Assembly: GCA_002269645.1 (NCBI GenBank)
Contig: NIVC01003236.1
Coordinates: 1 to 63,866, forward strand
Length of the DNA: 63,866 nucleotides
DNA from: Macrostomum lignano
Taxonomy: Eukaryota
Direction: 5' to 3'
Shown here: in pieces, positions 35,345-46,636 of the stretch
Numbering within the stretch: the stretch's first letter is position 1
Layout of the letters: every line of letters starts with the position of its first letter
Translations under genes and position numbers: made by a program
The notes under the pieces: model-generated
Database searches by the model: none
What the model was told of the DNA's origin: nothing
What the model saw: the letters and a program-made list of their open reading frames with translations, nothing else

Positions 35345-36970
35345 GTCAGTCAGCTAATTGTTTACTTATTTATTTATTTATTTATGTAGTCAGTTACCTA
35401 GTTAACTAATTATTTAACTAGGTTTTGGAACCTATTTGTTTGTGTGTGTTCTCTAGAAAATCTCCTCAAAATTGCCATACAAAAACGCCAACATAATGTC
35501 CCTTAAAAATCCGCCTAAAATCCCTCAGGGCAGCTCAGCGGGCTGCCTGCTGCTGCCGCTTGTGCAAGTGTACGAAGACTCCAACCAGACTCCTCCCGAC
35601 TACCTGCAGCTGGCGCACTCGGTGGCCACCCTGACACCCGACCAGCTCAGGGCCGAGTTCCCGCGTTGGCCCAGCCTGCAGTGCGGCTGGTCGTGCGAGA
35701 CCACCCTGACTGAGAGCCGGCTGTACCTGCCGTTTCTGAGAGCCAGGTACTTGCACGTGTTTTAATTTGATTGACTGCGTGAACTGGGGAGTTGCTGAGA
35801 TGCTATGGCTCAATGGGGGAGTTGCTGAGATGCTATGGCTCAATGGGGGAGTTGCTGAGATGCCAATTGGCTCAATGGGGGAGTTGCTGAGATGCCAATT
35901 GGCTCAATGGGGGAGTTGCTGAGATGCCAATTGGCTCAATGGGGGAGTTGCTGAGATACCAATTGGCTCAATGGGGGAGTTGCTGAGATGCCAATTGGCT
36001 CAATGGGGGAGTTGCTGAGATGCCAATTGGCTCAATGGGGGAGTTGCTGAGATGCCATGGCTCAATGGGGGAGTTGCTGAGATGCCAATTGGCTCAATGG
36101 GGGAGTTGCTGAGATGCCATGGCTCAATGGGGGAGTTGCTGAAATGCCATGGCTCAATGGGGGAGTTGCTGAGATGCCAATTGGCTCAATGGGGGAGTTG
36201 CTGAGATACCAATTGGCTCAATGGGGGAGATGCCAATTGGCACAATGGGGAGATGCTGAGATGCCAATTGGCTCAATGGGGGAGTTGCTGAGATACCAAT
36301 TGGCTCAATGGGGGAGTTGCTGAGATGCCAATTGGCACAATGGGGAGATGCTGAAATCCCATGGCTCAAGTGAAAATCGTGGAGATGGTGCCGGAACCAA
36401 TTCGCCGCCAGCAACCAACCCGATTGCAGATGCCGCTGCACCAATCTAGCTGTGACTCGCCAGCGCGTCAATTCGCTATCAGAAATACTCGATGGCTCCT
36501 CCTGCCGTTTGTTATTCAACTGCTCAGGTTTAGGCGCCGCCCAGCTGGCCAAGGATCCGAATGTGTACCCAATCCGTGGCCAGGTGTTCAAAGTTCGAGC
36601 TCCCTGGCTCAAACGAGCCGTGATTGGACCGAATGGGGAGACGTACATCTACCCGGGAGCTACCGACATCGTTACAGTTGGCGGTTGTCGCCAACCAAAC
36701 AGCTGGTCGACCGAGCCCTGTCCCGACGACGCCTCCAAAATCTGGTCTCGAGCTACCCGACTCGTACCGTCAGTGGGCGGCGCAGAAACTGTCAATCAAC
36801 TGGCCGGGCTGAGGCCGGCTCGACTCGGCGGGATTCGGGTCGAATTAGATTCCACCGACTCGCGAATAGTGCACTGCTACGGCCACGGCGGCAACGGGGT
36901 GGCCCTGGCCTGGGGCACCGCATCTGAGGCAGTTAAACTCGGCTTGGAATCGCTGCGCAGAGGCGGCTGA
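34022..36970 (+). CDS. DDO: FAD-dependent D-amino-acid oxidase family protein, D-aspartate oxidase-like, 4 exons, about 354 aa
   Basis: Exons 34022-34043 (donor GTAAGT), 34220-34503, 35529-35746 and 36430-36970, with phases 1,0,2 joining in frame. Motifs: VLGAGIVG (FAD), SWVAAG, NCSGLGA, YPIRGQV, TYIYPG, GGCRQ, GLRPAR, VHCYGHGGNG. The tiny exon 1 is inferred. DDO versus DAO assignment is by motif only. Confidence 0.88.
34650..35345. repeat. (GTTA)n/(TTAG)n microsatellite
   Basis: Direct reading, in an oxidase intron. Confidence 0.97.
35785..36365. repeat. Minisatellite of about 32 bp (GGGGGAGTTGCTGAGATGCCAATTGGCTCAAT)
   Basis: Direct reading, in the last oxidase intron. Confidence 0.93.
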
Positions 36971-37359
36971 CAGCGGCTAATGCGCTATTTTCAAATGCAC
37001 CGATATGTATCGAAAATAGTATTTTTTAACTTTGATTCTTTGCAGCATCAGCTGCTCCTAGACAAAAATATTGAAACGCTCGAGCTTTGCTACTGTCAGT
37101 AAGTGGCCAGGATATTTATTTGAACTTTTTAGTTGTCTTTATCTGTAATAAGTGCATTTTAAATTTGTTATGAATTTTATTTATAAAAATGCCTATTTTC
37201 ATACCGTTGTTTTAAAACCGTGCAATTAAAAATTAGTTTTGGTGCGCAATAAATTTCTGGATTCTTTTTGGCTTCAGTTTAACCATTGTTAATTGCTTTT
37301 TAGCTTCAGTTTTAACTTGAACAAATTTTTTTGAAGCGTTAATATGACTAAATTTTCAA

Positions 37360-38430
37360 GGCACCTGTTAGACTGGTTTCGCTTGTTAGACACTGAATGT
37401 CACCTGTTAGACACTGAGTGTCGCCTGTTAGACACTGGGTCTCGCCTGTTAGACACTGGATGCACCTGTTAGACACTGAATGTCACCTGTTAGAAACTGA
37501 GTGTCGCCTGTTAGACACTGAATGCACCTGTTAGACACTGGGTGTCACCTGTTAGACAATAAATGTCACCTGCTAGAAACTTGGTGTCGCCTGTTAGACA
37601 CTGGGTGTCGCCTGTTAGACACTGAATGTCGCCTGTTAGACACTGGGTGTCACCTGTTAGACACTGGGTGTCACCTGTTAGACACTGGATGCACCTGTTA
37701 GACACTGGGTGTCACCTGTTTGACAATAAATGTCACCTGCTAGAAACTTGGTGTCGCCTGTTAGACACTGGGTGTCGCCTGTTAGACACTGAATGTCGCC
37801 TGTTAGACACTGGGTGTCACCTGTTAGACACTGGGTGTCACCTGTTAGACACTGGATGCACCTGTTAGACACTGGGTGTCACCTGTTTGACAATAAATGT
37901 CACCTGCTAGAAACTTGGTGTCGCCTGTTAGACACTGGGTGTCACCTGTTAGACACTGGGTGTCACCTGTTAGACACTGGGTGTCGCCTGTTAGACACTG
38001 GGTGTCGCCTGTTAGACACTGGGTGTCACCTGTTAGACACTGGGTGTCACCTGTTAGACACTGGGTGTCACCTGTTAGACACTGGGTGTCACCTGTTAGA
38101 CACTGGGTGTCACCTGTTAGACACTGGGTGTCGCCTGTTAGACACTGGGTGTCGCCTGTTAGACACTGGGTGTCACCTGTTAGACACTGGGTGTCACCTG
38201 TTAGACACTGGGTGTCACCTGTTAGACACTGGGTGTCGCCTGTTAGACACTGGGTGTCGCCTGTTAGACACTGGGTGTCGCCTGTTAGACACTGGGTGTC
38301 GCCTGTTAGACACTGGGTGTCACCTGTTAGACACTGAATGTCACCTGTTAGACACTGAGTGTCACCTGTTAGACACTGAATGTCGCCTGTTAGACACTAA
38401 ATGTCACCTGTTAGACACTGAATGTCACCC
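37360..38430. repeat. 21-bp minisatellite (CCTGTTAGACACTGGGTGTCA), intergenic
   Basis: Direct reading. It generates the LLDTGCH/SPVRHWV ORFs. Confidence 0.97.
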
Positions 38431-38928
38431 ATTAATAACATATATCATATTATATGCATAACATAAGTGTTAACGTAACAAGTGAACAGTGACTTATCCT
38501 GGCACTGGCACTTAGACACATCGTTTTCTGGGATGAGCTACAATGTATAGATAATTTAATATAAGCCTACATGCTCCTGTTTCCTTATTAGGGAGTCTTT
38601 CTCAACAGTAGTAATTGGCCGACTCAGACTCCGTCCGTATATTGCTCCAGCAGTCATGTACAACACACACAAGACCGAGCTTCTCTCTCCTTCCCTCCTC
38701 TCTCTCTCTCTCTCCGCTCAGTGAGTGAGCGGTCCGAACTCGGGCAAGAGAAAGTAACGGAAAAAACTGGCTGCACTTGAAGGAGCGGCGGCGCAGATTT
38801 CTTTATAGCAGAGGCCCGTGTCCTTTGAGCTCGATCCCTTGCTCAAAGCAGATTCTTGCTAAACTGGATCTGTCTTCTTCACTTGCCGGCGGTGTTTCAG
38901 TTTAATCCAGTGGAGTAATTTTTCTGCA

Positions 38929-41900
38929 ATGGTTTTAGAGAACGTGAACATTCTTGGACTGGTATCCGTGCTGCTGTTCTATCTGCTCATTCTAGCTGTG
39001 GGCATCTGGGCTGGACGAAGGAGCAAGAACCGCGGCGACAGCGAAGAGGTCATGGTGGCTGACAGGAGCATCGGGCTGACCGTGGGAATCTTCACGATGA
39101 CTGGTGAGTCACAGATCTACGAGGGGCGTCCGGAAAGTAGTGTTACTATTACTCGGTGTGGACGTATGGAAAGTTGCACTTGCATGAGTTTGGTGTCATT
39201 TGAAAGCGGCAAGTCTCTTCTTTAAAATGACACCAATTGCAAGAGATTTGAATATGTGCTTCAAGAGATTTGGACCAAGGGGCTTTAGCACTAAGGGGCT
39301 TTAGCACCAAGGGGCGCCAGCACCAAGGGGCTTTAGCACCAAGGGGCGCCAGCACCAAGGGGCGCCAGCACCAAGGGGCGCCTGCACCAAGGGGCGCCAG
39401 CACCAAGGGGCGCCAGCACCAAGGGGCTTTAGCACTAAGGGGCTTTAGCACCAAGGGGCGCCAGCACCAAGGGGCGCCAGCACCAAGGGGCGCCAGCACC
39501 AAGGGGCGCCAGCACCAAGGGGCGCCAGCACCAAGGGGCGCCAGCACCAAGGGGCGCCAGCACCAAGGGGCGCCAGCACCAAGGGGCGCCAGCACCAAGG
39601 GGCGCCAGCACCAAGGGGCGCCAGCACCAAGGGGCGCCAGCACCAAGGGGCGCCAGCACCAAGGGGCGCCAGCACCAAGGGGCTTTAGCACCAAGGGGCT
39701 TTAGCACCAAGGGGCTTTAGCACCAAGGGGCGCCAGCACCAAGGGGCGCCAGCACCAAGGGGCGCCTGCACCAAGGGGCGCCAGCACCAAGGGGCGCCTG
39801 CACCAAGGGGCGCCAGCACCAAGGGGCGCCAGCACCAAGGGGCGCCAGCACCAAGGGGCGCCAGCACCAAGGGGCGCCAGCACCAAGGGGCGCCAGCACC
39901 AAGGGGCGCCAGCACCAAGGGGCGCCAGCACCAAAGGGCGCCAGCACCAAGGGGCGCCAGCACCAAGGGGCGCCAGCACCAAGGGGCGCCAGCACCAAGG
40001 GGCGCCAGCATCAAGGGGCGCCAGCACCAAGGGGCGCCAGCACCAAGGGGCGCCAGCATCAAGGGGCGCCAGCACCAAGGGGCGCCAGCACCAAGGGGCG
40101 CCAGCATCAAGGGGCGCCAGCACCAAGGGGCTTTAGCACCAAGGGGCGCCAGCACAATTTCCTGTAAAAGTAGCTAGTAGTCCATGCATATAAATAAGTC
40201 ACTGATAATGACAATTGCTCCACAACTTTCCCATTCCAACACGCACAGCCACCTGGGTTGGCGGAGGCTACATCAACGGCACGGCAGAGACGGTGTTTAA
40301 CCCGGCCATCGGGCTGGTTGGTGCTCAGGCTCCGTTTGGCTACGCTTTCAGCCTGGTCTTCGGTTTGTAACAATTCTTGTAGATTTTGTGCGCACTATTT
40401 GCACCAAGTGCATAATTTATAAATTAATTAGAGTAAATAATAAGTATATAACGCGCTTCTTTTAACTGAGTTGCTGGGCCAGCCTCCCAGATCCTCAGTT
40501 GCTGGGCCAGCCTCCCAGATCCTCAGTTGCTGGGCTAGCCCTGTCAGATCCTCAGTTGCTGGGCCAGTCTCCCAGATCCTCAGTTGCTGGGCCAGCCTCC
40601 CAGATCCTCAGTTGCTGGGCCAGCCTCCCAGATCCTCAGTTGCTGGTTGCTGGGCCAGCCTCCCAGATCCTCAGTTGCTGGGCCAGCCTAGCAGATCCTC
40701 AGTTGCTGGGCCAGCCTCCCAGATCTTCAGTTGCTGGGCCAGCCTAGCAGATCCTCAGTTGCTGGGCCAGCCTCCCAGATCCTCAGTTGCTGGGCCAGCC
40801 TCCCAGATCCTCAGTTGCTGGGCTAGCCCTGTCAGATCCTCAGTTGCTGGGCCAGCCTCCCAGATCCTCAGTTGCTGGGCCAGCCTCCCAGATCCTCAGT
40901 TGCTGGGCCAGCCTCCCAGATCCTCATTTGCTGGGCCAGCCTAGCAGATCCTCAGTTGCTGGGCCAGCCTCCCAGATCTTCAGTTGCTGGGCCAGCCTAG
41001 CAGATCCTCAGTTGCTGGGCCAGCTTCCCAGATCCTCAGCTTAATAATATCAGCCACAATCGCTCTCACACCTAGGCGGGCTGTTCTTCGCGAACCAGAT
41101 GCGCACTAGGGGCTACGTGACCATGCTGGACCCGTTCCAGTACAAGTACGGCGAGAGAATGTGCGGCCTGCTGTTTGTGCCGGCTCTGCTTGGCGAAGTT
41201 TTCTGGTCGGCAGCGATTCTGTCCGCACTGGGTGAGCCTCATTAATAGCGAGAGGTGCAAGGTGTATCTACCTACCTAAATGAGCATTGAGTTGTCAGGG
41301 CAGCCTACTATGTGAATTTTCAAAGGACACGAATGCCGGATAGAGAGGCTTCGCGGGCCGTCTGAGGCCCTTGTTTACATTCGAACTAGGCAAAAAATCA
41401 TGTGGCGACGCGAACGCTTCCAGAGTCGAAGTAAAACTTAGGCATCTCAATGAAGTGTCAATTAAATTTACATCTGACACTCCAGATTGCGGGTTTTATG
41501 CTTGATTCAGATGCAACTTTAACCGTAACAGGAGATTAAAATTCGTTTCTGAATTTATTCAACACGCAGGCGCCACACTCAAAGTGATACTAAACATGGA
41601 CAACACTCACGCTGTGATTGTGTCAGCCTGCATCGCACTCGGCTACACTCTGTTTGGAGGTCTCTACTCGGTGGCTTACACAGACGTTGTGCAGCTGTTC
41701 TGCATATTTATTGGACTGGTAAATGATTGCTTCGGCGTCTGCTTGACGTTTTACCTAAAGGTGTCACCTGGATGTGTCTCCAAGTGTGCCTGCAAGTGTG
41801 ATTGCCTAAAGTGCGTCCTGCGCGTGATACATGATGTTTAACAGTTTAACCTTCACTGGGCAGCCTAGTGCAGAGCCTTCGATAACATCTTCCAGTGAAT

Positions 41901-44559
41901 CCTGCTCATTCAGCTAACTCTTGAGAAAATTTACAAGTGAGCCAGTGTCGTACACAGACACGCACGCATACACACGCTCACACAGGGTGTACAACGGGCC
42001 CTAATTGATTTTCTAATCGTCAGGCATGTACACTCTCTGTCAGTGATGGGCACCGCTAAATTTATTTTTAGCGCCGCTAATTAGCGCTGTCGCTAACTGA
42101 TAGAAGAAAAAAGTTGGCGATCGCTAATTAGCGGGCGCCATTTCTACTTTGAGTTTTGCGCAATTAGCGCCGCTAATTTTGGAATGCGCTAATTAATAAA
42201 TACATTTAATATAAACTGCCGTTTCACACGTACTTATGCGCTATTGCACATTTTTAACTCACACTTTTTAAATGAATAAGCTATATAATAATGCTATTGC
42301 TAATAATTTGTTTTTATTATCAATCCTAATAAAAAATCCTCAAGCCGCTGAACTGTCAGAGCAACAGTTATTAGAAAGAGTTCCTAAACTACAATGCTGT
42401 TTGCCTTGAAAAACGTCAAGGGCCCTTGCTACCGGGGCCATGGTCTTATACTCAAGAAGGAAGGCCTGTCGCTTCGCATCATCGCTTAGAATATCAACTG
42501 AGTTGAACGTTGAATTCTTTGATTAAATTAAATTAATCAACAACTTTTTGCTAACGAATTAAAGGTAGTAAGAAAACTTTTGAAAGTCAATGATGAAAAC
42601 AAGATAAATTGTTGATAACGAAAGCAAAAAAAAGATATTCAAATTTCGTTTCGCATTTCTAAGAAAATTAGAAACATTTTAGAGATTTAGTATAGGTGGA
42701 TTTACGTAATATTTAACTTATTACTCAAATATGGTCTCATTTTAAGTATTAAACAGTCATTAACCGTCTAGTTTTATAGCAAAAAAATGAATTTAGCGCA
42801 ATTAGCGATTTTCAGAAAATAATAGCGGCGCTTTGATAGCGCGCGCTAATTTGAATTTCAATTTAGTGGAATTAGCGGCGCTTTAGCGGAATTCAAATTT
42901 AGCGGCGCTAGTGCCTATCACTGCTCTCTGTGCCTTGTGGGTTGGCCCTCATGGTTGCGAATCACAGGACAACCCCCCAGAAATATTTTCTGGCACAAGC
43001 AAGACCCAAATGAATGTTGCCGCACACGGAATAAAACCAGGGGTACTAGTCAGATGCTTAAATTGAATAGAATGATACATTGAAAGCTTGCTGATTGAGA
43101 GCCAACCTATTCACACTTTATCCTCATCAGTGGCTCTCTATTCCGTTCGCCATGATGAACCCGCTGGTGCAGCCCATCGCAACCACAGCGCTCACTCGGG
43201 TTGTGAACGGCACCGAACAGACCGGCTGGCTGGGCACCGTGGCACCTCAGGATGCCGCTTACTACGCCGATAATTTTTTGATGCTCACCTTTGGCGGCAT
43301 ACCCTGGCAGGTGTATTTTCAACGCGTTCTGTCGGCCAAGACGGCTCGAAATGCTCAGTTATTGTCGTACATTGCCGCCTTTGGCTGCTTGGTGATGGCT
43401 CTGCCATCCGTTCTAATTGGAGCTGTGGCAGCTTCAACAGGTAAGAGAGCTGACCCTGATGCAACGTCTTTTGACGCAGTCATACGCACAGGCACACACT
43501 CATACAGGAGTGTACAGCGGCCCTAACTTTATTTATCTTCGTAAATTGCACTAGCAGACCCGAGCCGAGATTCCAATTTAGTCCGAAATTAACGTGACTG
43601 CACTTGGAATCAAGCCTGGGCCTCTGGCACATGGAGCACCGCACCAGACCACTAGGATACGTCCCCCCAACAAATGCCCCTATTCCATCTTACAAACTGG
43701 TAACATGCGCATGGTACTGTTCATGTGGTATCATTAGCCTTGTCCAACACATTCCCCTGCCCCACTGCCAGACTGGGAGAGCACAGCCTACTTCAACCTG
43801 ACCCAGTCGACGCCATTTAGCAAAGACGACATGAAGCTGATTCTGCCGCTAGTCCTGCAGTACCTCTGCCCGCCGGCCGTCGCTTTTGTCGGCTTGGGCG
43901 TCGTCTCCGCCGCCGTGATGTCCTCAGCGGACAGCTCGATCCTCTCTGCCGCTTCCATGTTCGCTCGCAATGTGATGAAGCCGATTTTTTGGCAGACGGC
44001 AACTGACCGCCACGTCATCTGGTCGATGCGGGCAGCCATTGTAGTTGTTGGCATCATTGCTTGCATCTTAGCCATCCAGATCTCGACAATCTACGGCTTG
44101 TGGTTCCTCTGCTCGGATCTTGTCTATGTAGTCCTGTTCCCGCAGCTGATCTCTGTTATCTACCTAGACTGGTCCAACACGTACGGCAGTTTGGCCGGTT
44201 ACGTCACCGGGATGTTTCTGAGAATATCGGCCGGCGAGGCGCTGATTTTCCTGCCCGCTCTGTTCCACTATCCCGGCTTTGTTGACGGCAGCGAATTTTA
44301 TCAACGATTTCCCGTTAAAACATTCAGCATGCTGGCTTCGTTGGCTTCGTCCGCTCTAGTGAGCTACATGACTCACCGAATTTTCACTGAAGGAAAGCTG
44401 CCACCTGCTTGGGATGTTTTTCAATGCGTTGTCCCGAAGGAGATTCGAAGTGTCACCATCGCTGCTGCTGCTGAAGATGATGATGGATTGATGCTGCCAC
44501 CAATGGTTCAGTCGAAGCCAGAGGCCAACGAGCCTGAGTTGCGATCTGATATTGATTAA
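38929..44559 (+). CDS. SLC5A7: High-affinity choline transporter (SLC5A7/CHT1), 6 exons, about 563 aa
   Basis: Exons 38929-39103, 40249-40362, 41076-41231, 41570-41718, 43131-43440 and 43772-44559, with consistent phases. Motifs: [118 protein letters not shown]. Confidence 0.97.
39275..40155. repeat. 16-bp GC-rich minisatellite (GCACCAAGGGGCGCCA)
   Basis: About 55 tandem copies in SLC5A7 intron 1. Confidence 0.97.
40470..41040. repeat. 28-bp minisatellite (TTGCTGGGCCAGCCTCCCAGATCCTCAG) in SLC5A7 intron 2
   Basis: Same family as the array at 16975-17400. Confidence 0.95.
42041..42923. mobile_element. Non-autonomous hAT-like element (MITE), 883 bp, in SLC5A7 intron 4
   Basis: TIRs CAGTGATGGGCAC / GTGCCTATCACTG (12/13). 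Perfect 8-bp TSD CTCTCTGT at 42033-42040 and 42924-42931. Subterminal TTAGCG(C/G)CGCTAA palindromes at both ends. Confidence 0.92.
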
Positions 44560-45512
44560 GCTTGGACATCCGCGTTGTAGCGGGTTAGTACAGTCTATAT
44601 ACTGGTAGCTTGACAAAATTTATTGTTGTTTTTAGATTCGCTAAAGTATTACAGTAGTTGAGGAATAAAACTTAAGGCTATCTAATGTATAGATGAAGCT
44701 ACTTAAATATTTTTTATAATTGGGTAGCTCATCCGTTAGCTGTAGCTAGAAATGCACACGCTCCGGAAATTAACAAGAAAGTAGAATATTGTATTTGATT
44801 AATTCTATTTTCTCATTCGCAGTTATTCACAAAATTCGAGGTTGTTTTTTTTTAATTTCAAAATTTTGATTTTTTTTAAATCTGCTTGAAGCATATACTG
44901 TCAAAGTATTATTGTTTTTTCAATATCTAACTTCAAATATTTTTGTTTTTATTTTTAATATAAATTTTGCGCTCATATTTGTGCATTGCATACTGTAGTA
45001 TCAATGCCGATGCAAACGATAGTTATTCCGTTTCAAAAAGGTTGTAGAATCAATATTTAACTTTTTAATCAAGTATTTTGTTTAAAGTATTTTTAATTGC
45101 TACCTCGCAAATCCTCAGCAGTTTTATTCATTTTTAGTGAACTCGACGAAGGTTGTATCTTGATGTTCATTTTCTTTATAGCTCTTTCTGTAGTTTTTTT
45201 TTACTTTTCGGCTGACACTTTTATGCTTTACGATAGTTTGTGTCCATTCTACTTTTGCGATTATTATAACATGAAAATTCACTCAAATACACGTTGATTT
45301 TTACAGCACTCTTTGTTGAAGCGCTGCCCGAACTTAGAAGAGATGGGTTATCAAGCTTATTAAATAATAAAACTCATTCCACACTTAGAATTAACTGACT
45401 ATTAGCTGATTAACTGACTCCCCTTTTTCATGGCTGTATAATTTTAATTTTTCGAGATTAACTACGATGGGAACAAGCCTACTACAACTATCGCCTGTTT
45501 TGGGCCTTCTAA

Positions 45513-46297
<785 letters not shown>

Positions 46298-46636
46298 TCT
46301 GTTTTGGTGTTTTGTAGTTCTGATTCTCAGAAATTCTGTATTGCGTTTCTCAGCATGATCAGCTTCAGCGAATGCCTTTCTAAATAGAGCGTCTTTGTAA
46401 AATAATTTGAACGGGCGAACAAGGAGTGTTTAACTATTTATAGGCTCCACCATACCGCTCACTGGCCAGTACACAAACCGACGTTGAAAAACATGAAGTG
46501 CAGTAGTTGATTTTACCCTCATTGCCGTCAACCTTAATGAATTATTCATGAAGATCTTAAACCGCCTTAATTTTACTGGAATAACACTGCACGCGGTAAG
46601 TCCTTTATAAGAACGGCACGGTAAAGAGCTCCTCAC

